64,000 bases of DNA from Candidatus Limiplasma sp. (GCA_048370855.1 DBGEOK010000046.1:33652-97651), one strand, 5' to 3'; shown: positions 8,091-17,271, counted from the first letter of the stretch. Translations and numbers: made by a program. Notes: generated from the sequence alone by a model not told the origin.

Positions 8091-10541
8091 TCAGGGATTT
8101 CGCGCGGCGGCCCCGCCCGTTGATTCCCCGCCGCCAAGGTATTTCCGCGCCAGGCGGACCGACGCCATGGCGTCTTTGCCGTAGCCGTCCGCGCCCATTT
8201 GCTCGGCATAGTCGGCGGTGAGCACCGCGCCGCCGACTATGATTCGCACATCCGGCGCAAAGCGGTGCAGCAGATCGATGGTTTCACGCATCGCGGGCAC
8301 GGTGGTGGTCATCAGCGCGGATAATCCCACCAGCCCGGCGTCATGCTCCCTCACGGCTTTGAGAACCTGCTCCGGCGGCACGTCCTTGCCCAGGTCAATG
8401 ACGGAAAACCCATCATTCTGCATCAGGACCTTCACGATATTCTTTCCAATATCATGAACGTCTCCGCGAACGGTGGCCAGCACCACCTTCCGCCCGTCCT
8501 CCGAGGCCGCGGGCGGCATGACGGCGCGTACCTGCGCAAACGCCGATTGCGCGGCGTTTGCGCTTTGAAGAAGCTGCGGTAAAAACAGCGTTCCCTTTTC
8601 GTAGCGTTCCCCGACGCGCGCAAGGGCAGGCATAACGGAGTCCTCGATTACGGCAAGCGGCTGGATACCGGCGGCCAGGGCCGCCTTGGCGGCGCTAGCC
8701 GCGTCTGCCGGCAAGCCGCGCTCTATCGCGCTTTGCAGCGCATCGGAGGCGTCGCCGGAAGGGCGGTTGAAGGCCGGTTTCTCCTCTCCAAAGACAAAGC
8801 GGCTTTTCTCCCCCTCAACCGAGGTCAGATAGCGCTCAAACCGAGCGTCCTTGCCCGTCAGCGCGCACGCGGCGTCAAAAAGAGCATGAACCAGCCTGTC
8901 GTTGGGGTTGACAATGGCGGCGTCCAGCCCGCAGCCTATCGCCATCGCCACAAAGCCCGCCGTCAAAAGCGGGCGCTGCGGAAGGCCAAAGCTGATGTTG
9001 CTTACGCCCAGCACCGTTTTGACTTGCAGCTCCTCATGCAGCGCGCGGACGGTCCGAAGGGCGACGTCCCCCGCGTCCGGGTTGGCGGCCACCGTCATGG
9101 CGAGCGCGTCAAACAGCAGCTCCTCCCGCGCGATTCCATATTTCTCAGCTTCCGCGAGGATACGACGCGCTATGCGCAGCCGGCCCTCCACCGTGTCGGG
9201 AATGCCTTCCTCGTCCAGGAGCAGCGCCACGACCGCTCCCCCGTACCTTTGAACCAGGGGAAAAACCGCGTCCATCACCTTTTGCTTACCGCATACGCTG
9301 TTGACGATGGGCTTTCCGGCATAAACCCGCAGGGCGGCTTCCAGCGCCGCCGGATCTGCCGTGTCTAGCTGCAGAGGAAGCCCGCAGACCGTCTGCACGG
9401 CCAAAACGGCTTTTGGAAGCATGGACGGCTCGTCCACCTCGGGAAGGCCGACATTCAGGTCCAGGGCATCCGCGCCCGCGTCGCATTGCTCCACCGCCTG
9501 GCGCATCAGATCGTCCATATCTCCCTCCAGCAGCGCCTGCTTCATGCGCCGCTTTCCGGTGGGATTAAGACGTTCGCCGATCATCACCGGCCTTTCTCCC
9601 AAAACCACGCTCCTGGATCTGCCGGAAATCACGCAGGGATAACGCCCGCCCCTTGAGACGGGTTGAACGTCTTTTGTGGCGGAAACCAGCGCGCGGATAT
9701 GCTCGGGCGTCGTGCCGCAGCATCCGCCAAGGCCCCAAGCGCCCAGCTCCGCTATGGCCCGCATATCGCGTCCAAACGCTTCCGGCGTGGCGGGGTAGAC
9801 CGTCTTTCCGTTTTCCATGACGGGAAGGCTTGCGTTTGGGCTCACAAAGACCGGAAGAGGGCAACAACGAAGCAGCTCCCTCACATTGTCCGTAAGGGCG
9901 CCAGGCTCATGACCGCAGTTCAGGCCGATGGCGTCCACTCTCAGCGCGTCAAGCATCGCCACGGTTCCTTGAATATCCGCTCCGGTGAGCAGGCGCCCGC
10001 GCTCGTCAAACGTCAGGCTGACAAGCAGCGGAACGCTTCGATCCGCCGCCTGCAGCGCCTCCTTGGCCCCCAGCACACAGGCCTTGGTTTCGGGCAAATC
10101 GGTCATCGTCTCAATCAGCAGCAGGTCCGCGCCTTCCTCGAGCGCCGCGACAAAGGCTTCCCGGAACTGGGATACGGCATCCTCAAACGGAAGGTCCCCG
10201 TATGGCGACAGCAATCGTCCAAGGCTGCCCATATCCGCGGCTACAAACCCATGTCCGGCTTGCTTTACCGCCGCTCGCGCAAGCCGAATGCCGGCGCGCA
10301 TGCACGGCTCGGCCTGCGGGCCCAGATGGGCGCGCGCAGCCCCGAAGGTGTTGGCGGTCACGACGTCGCACCCGGCGTTTAAATAGCTTTGATGAACCCC
10401 GATGATGCGCTCCGGAAAGTCAAGATTCCATCGTTCGGGACGTTCGCCTCCCTTTAGCCCCATTGACTGAAGCAGCGTTCCCATGCCTCCGTCAAAATAA
10501 ACCAGCCGTTTACCAAACAACGCCATTATATCAGATCTCAT
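8091..10541 (-). CDS. metH: Cobalamin-dependent methionine synthase lacking the C-terminal activation domain
   Basis: Contains a homocysteine S-methyltransferase domain (GGMGT..., GGCCGTTPEHI), a pterin-binding domain, and B12-cap plus B12-binding domains with the DxHxxG motif (GDVHDIGKN). The protein ends soon after the B12 domain. The start could be ATG 10541 or ATG 10526. Confidence 0.9.
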   Translation of the reverse strand: MRSDIMALFGKRLVYFDGGMGTLLQSMGLKGGERPERWNLDFPERIIGVHQSYLNAGCDVVTANTFGAARAHLGPQAEPCMRAGIRLARAAVKQAGHGFVAADMGSLGRLLSPYGDLPFEDAVSQFREAFVAALEEGADLLLIETMTDLPETKACVLGAKEALQAADRSVPLLVSLTFDERGRLLTGADIQGTVAMLDALRVDAIGLNCGHEPGALTDNVRELLRCCPLPVFVSPNASLPVMENGKTVYPATPEAFGRDMRAIAELGAWGLGGCCGTTPEHIRALVSATKDVQPVSRGGRYPCVISGRSRSVVLGERPVMIGERLNPTGKRRMKQALLEGDMDDLMRQAVEQCDAGADALDLNVGLPEVDEPSMLPKAVLAVQTVCGLPLQLDTADPAALEAALRVYAGKPIVNSVCGKQKVMDAVFPLVQRYGGAVVALLLDEEGIPDTVEGRLRIARRILAEAEKYGIAREELLFDALAMTVAANPDAGDVALRTVRALHEELQVKTVLGVSNISFGLPQRPLLTAGFVAMAIGCGLDAAIVNPNDRLVHALFDAACALTGKDARFERYLTSVEGEKSRFVFGEEKPAFNRPSGDASDALQSAIERGLPADAASAAKAALAAGIQPLAVIEDSVMPALARVGERYEKGTLFLPQLLQSANAAQSAFAQVRAVMPPAASEDGRKVVLATVRGDVHDIGKNIVKVLMQNDGFSVIDLGKDVPPEQVLKAVREHDAGLVGLSALMTTTVPAMRETIDLLHRFAPDVRIIVGGAVLTADYAEQMGADGYGKDAMASVRLARKYLGGGESTGGAAARNP

Positions 10542-11199
10542 CCTCGATCCCCTTTCGGTACGCGCAATGCTTCATAGCACAGCCTTCGCAGCCTTTGAGC
10601 GGGAAAGCCCCCTCCTCAGCCGGACGAAGGGCAAGCAGCGCGCTTACGCTTTTTTCCGGCAGCATCAGGCAGCTCTCCGTCAGCCGCACGCCAATCCGGC
10701 GCGCTTCCAAGTACGCAAGCAACGGCCTCTGATAAGAGAGGGGAACGTCCCCATAGCCGGGGCTGAAGCGCGGCGAAAACGTCAGCCCCTCTCCCCGGAG
10801 CTTATCGGTCTCCCGCTCCAACCGTTCATCTATTACCTCGTCAATATACGCGGACGCGCAAGCGCCAAGGGTCGCGCCGAGCGCCGGGTTCGTCAGCATC
10901 AGGCGGGCTATGCTCATATCCACCTCAGCCCCAAGCGTGGCAAGCAGCGCGTATCCCTCCGAAGCCCCTTGAAAAAGACGCAGCAAATCCTGGCTTGGCA
11001 AAGGGGGCAGCGTGTCCAATACGAAGCCCTCCGGCGTGCACGCAACCCGGCACCTTTTCAGCAGCGCTTTGGGCGCGGCCGCGGTAAGCAGTTCCTCATA
11101 CGCGCTCTCCATCAGGCCCTCCGCCCCGGCCGGAAGCGCGCGACCGCGGTATCCCAGGTATCTGGCCGCATTGCGGAACACCACTTTCCGATCAATCAT
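10531..11199 (-). CDS. Stand-alone methionine synthase activation (AdoMet-binding) domain protein
   Basis: A 222-aa protein immediately upstream of metH and overlapping it. Its size and sequence style (RPGYPxCP-like region SPGYGDVPL) fit the Met_synt_B12 activation module that the adjacent MetH lacks. Confidence 0.75.
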   Translation of the reverse strand: MIDRKVVFRNAARYLGYRGRALPAGAEGLMESAYEELLTAAAPKALLKRCRVACTPEGFVLDTLPPLPSQDLLRLFQGASEGYALLATLGAEVDMSIARLMLTNPALGATLGACASAYIDEVIDERLERETDKLRGEGLTFSPRFSPGYGDVPLSYQRPLLAYLEARRIGVRLTESCLMLPEKSVSALLALRPAEEGAFPLKGCEGCAMKHCAYRKGIEDEI

Positions 11200-12067
11200 G
11201 GCCGTTATCCAGGATACATCCGAGATTTTGAAAAATCGCTCCCGCTATTTCAGGCCTGTTCATGGTATAAAGGTGGATATGGCGGACGCCGTTGGCGATC
11301 AGGTCGATGATCTGTTCCGTGGCGTAAGCGATGCCGGCCTGCTTCATACAGCCGGGATCGCCTCCAAAGCGGTCGAGGATCGCGGCGAACCTCGGGGGGA
11401 GGCTTGCGCCGGAAAGAGCGGTAATCCGCTTGATCTGCCGGCTGTTGACGACGGGCATGATGCCGGCGGTTACCGGAATGACGACCCCCTTTTGAAGCGA
11501 CCGGTACAGGAATTGGTACAGGATATTGTTATCAAAGAACATTTGCGTGGTCAGAAAATCCGCTCCCGCATCCTGCTTCATGCGCAGAAAATCCAGGTCA
11601 TGGTCGCGGTCCGGGGCTTCGGGGTGGCCTTCGGGGTAGCATGCCGCGCCCACGCAAAAGCCGCCGCGCTTTTTAACGGCCGCGATCAGCTCCGCCGCCA
11701 CCTTAAAGTGATCCTCTCCGGGAAACGCCGTTCCCTCCGGAATATCGCCCCGCAGCGCCAGAACATTCCCGATACCCGCCCGCTCCAGATCGTCCAGCAC
11801 GCCGGCTACCTTCGTCTTGGGTTCGTTAATACAGGTCAGGTGGCTGAGCGCCGTCACGCCGCATTCCTGAACGCACTCGCTCAGCTCCAACGTAAAACGA
11901 GGGGTTTTTCCGGAAGCGCCGTAGGTAACGCTTACATATGCCGGCCTGAGCCCGCAGATGGCGCGCGCCGCAAGCTTCGCCTCATCCACCTTTTCAAAAG
12001 CTTTGGGAGGAAAAATTTCACAGCTCATATGGACGCCCGGGGTCGCAAAACGTTCGGCAATGGTCAT
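11192..12067 (-). CDS. metF: 5,10-methylenetetrahydrofolate reductase
   Basis: 291 aa. The N-terminus SCEIFPPK, plus ...VTYGA.G.. and ...LRGD... regions, are typical of the MTHFR family. It overlaps both neighbours and lies inside the met operon. Confidence 0.9.
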   Translation of the reverse strand: MTIAERFATPGVHMSCEIFPPKAFEKVDEAKLAARAICGLRPAYVSVTYGASGKTPRFTLELSECVQECGVTALSHLTCINEPKTKVAGVLDDLERAGIGNVLALRGDIPEGTAFPGEDHFKVAAELIAAVKKRGGFCVGAACYPEGHPEAPDRDHDLDFLRMKQDAGADFLTTQMFFDNNILYQFLYRSLQKGVVIPVTAGIMPVVNSRQIKRITALSGASLPPRFAAILDRFGGDPGCMKQAGIAYATEQIIDLIANGVRHIHLYTMNRPEIAGAIFQNLGCILDNGHD

Positions 12068-13008
12068 GCCTTCTCCTCCTTTAAACGGCGAGCGTCAAGG
12101 CGGGACAGCTCAAAGGGCGTCTCCTGATAAACGAAGTAATTCAGCCAGTTTGCAAACAAAAGGTTCGCGTGGCTGTGCCATCGAAGCAGGGGCGCACAAG
12201 TACAATCGTCCTTGGGAAAATAGTTTTTGGGAAGCTCGATGGGCAGCCCTTTTTCCAAGTCCCGGAAATACTCGCGGGCCAGCGTGTCCCGGTCGTATTC
12301 GCTGTGCCCGGTGGCAAACACGCGCCGCCCGTCCCGGCTTCGCAGAAGCGCGGGCCCCGTTTCGTCGCTGCGGGCCAGCACGAGCAAATCCCCGCACCTT
12401 GCGATCGCTTCCTCATCCACTTGGGTATAACGGCTCATGGGTACGGTAAAAACATCGTCAAACCCCCGCATAAGCTTATCCCGGCGGTCGGTCAGCACCG
12501 TATCAAACACGCCGAAAAGCTTGCGCGGCAGCGTTTGCTTCTCGATGCGATAGTGATAATACAGGCCCGCCTGCGCCGCCCAGCAGATATACAGCGTACT
12601 GAAGGCGCGGCGGTCCGCCCAGTCCATGACGCTCTTTAATTCCTCCCAGTAAAGCACGTCGGTAAAGTCAAGCCTTTCCACCGGCGCTCCCGTGATGATG
12701 ACGCCGTCAAAAAAGTCTTCGCGAACGTCGTCCAGCGTGCGGTAAAACAGGCGAAGGTAATCCTCGTCCGTATTGCGGCTTTCGTATGTGCCAGTTCTCA
12801 GCAGCGTAATTTCCACCTGAAGCGGCGTGTTCCCAATCAGGCGCAGGAGCTGGGTTTCCGTTTTTTCCTTAGTAGGCATTAAATTTAAAATGGCGATTTT
12901 AAGCGCCCGGATATCCTGCGATACGCTTCGCTTTTCCGTCATCACAAAAATATTTTCTTCGGTAAGCACGCGCGTCGCCGGCAGCGCGTCCGGAATCTTC
13001 ACTGGCAT
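12064..13008 (-). CDS. metA: Homoserine O-acyltransferase (MetA family)
   Basis: The N-terminus [23 protein letters not shown]...[25 protein letters not shown] is near-canonical for MetA. The protein is 314 aa. Confidence 0.92.
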   Translation of the reverse strand: MPVKIPDALPATRVLTEENIFVMTEKRSVSQDIRALKIAILNLMPTKEKTETQLLRLIGNTPLQVEITLLRTGTYESRNTDEDYLRLFYRTLDDVREDFFDGVIITGAPVERLDFTDVLYWEELKSVMDWADRRAFSTLYICWAAQAGLYYHYRIEKQTLPRKLFGVFDTVLTDRRDKLMRGFDDVFTVPMSRYTQVDEEAIARCGDLLVLARSDETGPALLRSRDGRRVFATGHSEYDRDTLAREYFRDLEKGLPIELPKNYFPKDDCTCAPLLRWHSHANLLFANWLNYFVYQETPFELSRLDARRLKEEKA

Positions 13009-13048
13009 CGAAGCCGTCTCCTCCTCTGAATCATACGCGCAGGGTGGC

Positions 13049-14311
13049 TCATTCCAATCCTTTGCTTAAATCCGCAATCAGGTCGTCGGCATTCTCCAGC
13101 CCAATGCTCAAGCGGATCAGCTCCGGCGCGACTCCCGCCGCCCGCAGCTCCTCCTCGTTCATCTGCCCGTGCGTCGTGCTCGCCGGATGAATGACAAGGC
13201 TTTTGGCATCCGCCACATTCGCCAAAAGGCTGAAAAGGCGAAGCCTGTCAATCACCTTACGGCCCTCCGCCACCCCTCCCCGCACGCCGAAGCTCAGGAC
13301 GGCGCCCGCGCCGTTGGGAAGATATTTCCGCGCCCGCTCATAATAAAGATCCCCGGGAAGGGACGGATAATGCACATAGGCCACGTTGGGGTGAAAACGC
13401 AAAAACTCCGCGACCGCCAGCGCGTTATCGCAATGCCTGCGCACACGCAGGCTCAGCGTTTCCAACCCCTGCAAAATCAAAAACGCGTTAAAGGGACTCA
13501 AGCACGCGCCAAATTCCCGAATCATTTGGCAGCGAAGGCGCGCGGCGACCGGAGCCCCGGTATCGGCATAGACGATACCCCCATTTTGAGCGTCTGGCGC
13601 GTTCATCGCGGGAAAACGCTTTCCATGAAAATCAAACGAGCCCATATCCACCACGCAGCCGCCGATAGCCGTCCCATGGCCTCCCGCATACTTGCTCAGG
13701 GAGTGTATCACCAGATCAGCGCCAAACGCGCGGGCACGGAAGATCGGCGGTATGCCGAAGGTGTTGTCCAGCACCATCGGAACCCCATGGCGGACCGCGA
13801 TTTGATGTATTTCCTCAAAATCCGGAACATTCATATTCGGATTGCAGATGGTTTCCAGATAAATCATTTTGGTATCAGGCGTAATGGCGCTCTCCAGCGC
13901 TTCAAGATCGTCGGGGGGAATAAAGGTCGTTCGGATGCCGCTCACCTGCGGAAGCCTCGCGGAAAAAAGGGTATGCGTTCCGCCGTACAAGGTGGAAATG
14001 GATACAATGTGATCCCCCTGGCCGCATAGAGCGTACACGGCCGCGCAGATCGCCGCCATCCCGCTGGAAAAGGCCACGGCCTGCTTACCCTGCTCCAAAG
14101 CGGCCATTCTCTTTTCCAATACCTCTACCGTCGGGTTTTCAATGCGCGTATAGGTGTAGCCCGGCACGCTTCCGTCAAAAACGCCGGCCGCCTCCTCCGC
14201 CCCTTCGTAGCAGTAGCTGGTGGTTTGATAGATGGGCACCGCCCTGGCGCGGGTTTCGCTGTCCGGCGTCTGTCCCGCGTGCAATTGTAACGTATCAAAA
14301 CCATATTCCAT
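13049..14311 (-). CDS. metY: O-acetylhomoserine sulfhydrylase (PLP-dependent, Cys/Met metabolism family)
   Basis: Starts [14 protein letters not shown] with the RBS AGGAAGGAG. The PLP-lysine region is [11 protein letters not shown] dropped the 35-codon upstream extension in the track. Confidence 0.9.
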   Translation of the reverse strand: MEYGFDTLQLHAGQTPDSETRARAVPIYQTTSYCYEGAEEAAGVFDGSVPGYTYTRIENPTVEVLEKRMAALEQGKQAVAFSSGMAAICAAVYALCGQGDHIVSISTLYGGTHTLFSARLPQVSGIRTTFIPPDDLEALESAITPDTKMIYLETICNPNMNVPDFEEIHQIAVRHGVPMVLDNTFGIPPIFRARAFGADLVIHSLSKYAGGHGTAIGGCVVDMGSFDFHGKRFPAMNAPDAQNGGIVYADTGAPVAARLRCQMIREFGACLSPFNAFLILQGLETLSLRVRRHCDNALAVAEFLRFHPNVAYVHYPSLPGDLYYERARKYLPNGAGAVLSFGVRGGVAEGRKVIDRLRLFSLLANVADAKSLVIHPASTTHGQMNEEELRAAGVAPELIRLSIGLENADDLIADLSKGLE

Positions 14312-14342
14312 CGGTATCCGCTCCTTCCTGCCGGGCCTATTT

Positions 14343-14375
14343 AATAAAACAAGCCTTCCCAAAGCGGGAGGGCTT
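14343..14375 (-). terminator. Intrinsic terminator inside the metY leader (attenuator)
   Basis: The minus strand reads AAGCCCTCCC-GCTTT-GGGAAGGCTT followed by GTTTTATT. It lies only ~30 nt upstream of the metY RBS, which leaves no room for a promoter between the terminator and the gene. Confidence 0.6.
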
Positions 14376-14548
14376 ATCACGATAAAGACAGCTCCGACGT
14401 TCGCCCGCGGCCGCAAGAACCTTACCTGGCAGGCACGGAAACGCGTTCGCCTCCGCTGCTTCCTTGCTCATGCCGCCGCCTCCGTTTCCATGCGCCGCAC
14501 ATTGACGCGCGGGCAAAAAATTCCGTTTTTGTTTGCAATCCGGCTGAA
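14376..14548 (-). promoter_or_regulatory. metY 5' leader; candidate riboswitch or attenuator, class not identified
   Basis: About 170 nt lie between the dnaN stop and the leader terminator. A 10-bp helix CAUGGAAACG/CGUUUCCGUG encloses two GGAGGCG repeats. I could not match the SAM-I or T-box consensus by eye. Confidence 0.35.
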
Positions 14549-15664
14549 TCAGTTATAAACGCGCACCGGAAGAACCAGGTAAAGGTAGCTGTCCCCTTCC
14601 AGCGGAGAGATGACGCAGGGGCTTACATTTGTGTTCATACAAAGCGTACAGCATTCCTCATCCACGTTTTTGATAACGTCGCTGATATATCGCGCGTTAA
14701 AGGCGATCTCAATATCCTCGCCTTCCAGATGCGCGTCCAGCTCTTCCAGAACGTCTCCCAGCTCGCTCATGGAGGTAATGCGCAAATTGTCCTGCGACGC
14801 TTTCATCCTGATGAGGTTATTTTTTCCTTCCTTCGCCATCAGGCTGGCGCGCTCAATCGCGTCCTGAAGCTCCTTGCGCTTCACCGTCACGCGGCTCAGC
14901 CACGCCGTGGGCAAGATTTGGCGGTAGTTAATATATTCGCCCGCCAGCAGGCTGGTAACCAAAGTCGTGTTGCCGATCACAGCCATCAGGTGCGTGCTGT
15001 CCAGATGGAAGGTCGCCATCTCATCGTCACTGTCCATGATATGGGCGATTTCGCCCATGACGCGACCGGGTATAATCGCCGTGATTTGCTCCGTGCCATC
15101 CGGCAGTACAAACTGGTCGTGCAGGCGCTGGAGCGCCAAACGGAACCCGTCCAGGCCCACCAGACGGAGCTCGTCCCTCGTTACCTCCATCAGGCACCCG
15201 GTCAAGGCCTGGCGGCTTTCCTGAAGCGCGATGGCAAAGGTGACCTTATTGATCATATCCCGCAGGCGCTTTTGCGGAAAGTGAAGCGCATGCGTATGGA
15301 CCAGATCCTTCATCTGCGGAAATTCATTTGTCGCCGCGCCGGCAATGGTGGAACGGCTTTGGCAGCAGCGCACCGTTACGACCAGCTTTTCGTTCATGGT
15401 AAAGGTAACGGTTCCTTCCGGAAGCTTGCGAACGATTTCCGTCAGCAGCTTGCCGGGAAGCACGACCTCCCCCTCCTGGGAAACGTCGGCCTGTACGCGC
15501 GCCTTGATGCTGAGGGAACCGTCCGAGCACATCAGATAAACGCCGTTTTCCTCGGCGCGCAGCAGCACGCCTTCCAGGATTTGTACGGCAGGGCGGGAGC
15601 TAAGCGCCCTTGTCGCGTTGACTAAGCCATAAAGAAGCTCCTGAGCAGAACATTCAAACTTCAT
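14549..15664 (-). CDS. dnaN: DNA polymerase III beta sliding clamp
   Basis: 371 aa. MKFECSAQELLYGLVNATRALSSRPAVQILEGVLL... is a typical clamp N-terminus. A GGAGG RBS lies 7 nt upstream. Confidence 0.93.
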   Translation of the reverse strand: MKFECSAQELLYGLVNATRALSSRPAVQILEGVLLRAEENGVYLMCSDGSLSIKARVQADVSQEGEVVLPGKLLTEIVRKLPEGTVTFTMNEKLVVTVRCCQSRSTIAGAATNEFPQMKDLVHTHALHFPQKRLRDMINKVTFAIALQESRQALTGCLMEVTRDELRLVGLDGFRLALQRLHDQFVLPDGTEQITAIIPGRVMGEIAHIMDSDDEMATFHLDSTHLMAVIGNTTLVTSLLAGEYINYRQILPTAWLSRVTVKRKELQDAIERASLMAKEGKNNLIRMKASQDNLRITSMSELGDVLEELDAHLEGEDIEIAFNARYISDVIKNVDEECCTLCMNTNVSPCVISPLEGDSYLYLVLPVRVYN

Positions 15665-15689
15665 TTGAGAACCTCCGCAACCGTTGTTG

Positions 15690-15743
15690 TAGTATATTTA
15701 TGTATAGAGTAGTAGTAGTAGGGCCTGTGGAAAGCGTGGAAAA
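15690..15743 (+). promoter_or_regulatory. oriC-like unwinding module: AT-rich tract, (TAG)x4 DnaA-trio-like repeat, GC cluster, two tandem DnaA-box-like 9-mers
   Basis: GTAGTATATTTATGTATAGAG, then TAGTAGTAGTAG (15710-15721), then GGCC, then TGTGGAAAG (15726-15734) and CGTGGAAAA (15735-15743). Each 9-mer has two mismatches to TGTGGATAA. Read toward dnaN, the order is boxes, trios, AT-rich tract, dnaN. Confidence 0.4.
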
Positions 15744-16063
15744 CCCTCTTTGGGTCAGGCGGGCCTTTCATTCGCCCTTGGAAAGCGGGTGGAAAAACCG
15801 GGGCATTCCGGCGCGTTTTCCATGGGGCATTTGGCGCGGACGCTAGGAAAGGCAAAGCCATCTCACACCTTTTCGAGATTGAAAAGGCCGTTTCCTGCCG
15901 TTTTGCATGAAAACCTTTCGACAAGAGGCAGCCGGCCAGGGATAAAAACAGGCTTTTCCATATTTGGCACAGGCTAAGGAAAAGTAATTGTTGAAAAAAT
16001 GAACGGCGGGGATCAAGGGATCGCCAAAAAAGTCAACTTTTTTTCCATAGTGTTTTCAACAGC

Positions 16064-16321
16064 TTACAGCCTGTTGCTGATGACGTCGAGCAAAGCCTCG
16101 GTCGCGGCGGCTTCGTCCTCGCCGTCCGCGATCAGCGTCATTTCGCCGTTTTTGGGAATGGACTGCGAAAGCAAACCGATCATGCTTTTCGCGTTGAGCA
16201 CAATGCCGTCCCTTTCCAGGGTCAGGGTGCATTGATACCGCGAGGATACCTGTGCGATGATCGCGGCTTTTTCACGCCCGATTGGCATTTTTGCTTTCAG
16301 GTTGATCTCGGTTCTCAGCAT
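16064..16321 (-). CDS. Crh-like HPr-family protein (regulatory Ser46 motif present, His15 absent)
   Basis: 85 aa. It aligns with HPr: KSMIGLL matches the Ser46 region KSIMGVM. The position of the GIHARPA catalytic His reads PIGREKA. It follows whiA directly, as crh does in the B. subtilis yvc operon. Confidence 0.8.
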   Translation of the reverse strand: MLRTEINLKAKMPIGREKAAIIAQVSSRYQCTLTLERDGIVLNAKSMIGLLSQSIPKNGEMTLIADGEDEAAATEALLDVISNRL

Positions 16322-17271
16322 GGGTTTTCCTCCTTATGGGTTTGCACATACGCCATCAGGCGGCGCATGCGATGGTTGACGCCGCTTTTTCCAATCGGCG
16401 GCTGAAGCGAAGCGCCAAGCTCCGCAAGCGAGGCGTCCGGCTGGTTCAGGCGCGCGAGCGCTATTTCCTGCAGGGACGGCGGCAGGCGGAAGATGCGGTT
16501 TTCTTTTTGAAGCCATTCGATGGCTTCGCGCTGTTCGTTGCCGGCCTCGATCTGCTTGTGAAGATTAAAGGCGTCGCAGTTCATAGCCCGGTTTACCGCC
16601 CCGAGCACCTCGCGCTTCACGCGCAGATCCTCGATCTTCATGACCGCCTGGTGCGCGCCTACCGCGGTCAAAAAGTTTACAATATGGTCGCTTTGCTTCA
16701 GGTAAAGGTAAGCATGCTCCCTTCTTGCGCTCTGCTTCACGGGCAGTCCCAGCTTGCCCAGGCATTTGGCCGTAGCGTAGCGCGCTTCCTCATCCCGGTA
16801 CGACAGCTCCAGATGGTAGGCTTGCTCAGGGTTGGAAAGCGTGCCCCCGCCCAGCATGACGCCCCGTAAAAACGCGCGCGCGCAACAGCTTTTGGAAAGG
16901 GATACGCGGGGAGAGGTGGAACGCAGCGTCTGCGAACCGTCTCCGTTTGTCTCCATCATTCCCAGGGCGCTCAGGAAAACGGGGGATTGCACGGGACCCA
17001 GCGTCAGCACGGCGTTCCGGGTCCCGCCAAACCGGGCGTGCGTGACGTAATGGATTTGGGGCGTCAGGCCCATGGTACGCACAAGAAGCGTATAGGCGCG
17101 GCGGCAGACCGCCATGCTTTCGCCTGAAAACTGGACGTTTACCCGTCCTCGCCCAAGCAGGCTCAGGCTGCCCATGGACATAAAAAGGGCGCTTAGCTCG
17201 CTTAGCCGGCAGCATTCCTTTTCCGGCTCAACTGCGCAGAGCTCCTTCTTGCAATCGGAGGAAAAAGACAT
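16315..17271 (-). CDS. whiA: Sporulation/cell-division DNA-binding regulator WhiA
   Basis: 318 aa. The N-terminus MSFSSDCKKEL and the LAGLIDADG-like fold region are followed by a C-terminal HTH (LAELGASLQPPIGKSGVNHRMRRL). Confidence 0.92.
   Translation of the reverse strand: MSFSSDCKKELCAVEPEKECCRLSELSALFMSMGSLSLLGRGRVNVQFSGESMAVCRRAYTLLVRTMGLTPQIHYVTHARFGGTRNAVLTLGPVQSPVFLSALGMMETNGDGSQTLRSTSPRVSLSKSCCARAFLRGVMLGGGTLSNPEQAYHLELSYRDEEARYATAKCLGKLGLPVKQSARREHAYLYLKQSDHIVNFLTAVGAHQAVMKIEDLRVKREVLGAVNRAMNCDAFNLHKQIEAGNEQREAIEWLQKENRIFRLPPSLQEIALARLNQPDASLAELGASLQPPIGKSGVNHRMRRLMAYVQTHKEENPC

Noticed and set aside
14312-14548. SAM-I (S-box) riboswitch or Met T-box upstream of metY.
   Set aside because: I expected one, but I could not find the conserved SAM-I core or the T-box 14-mer by eye. 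I therefore did not call a named riboswitch, only an unclassified leader with a terminator. A covariance-model scan is needed.
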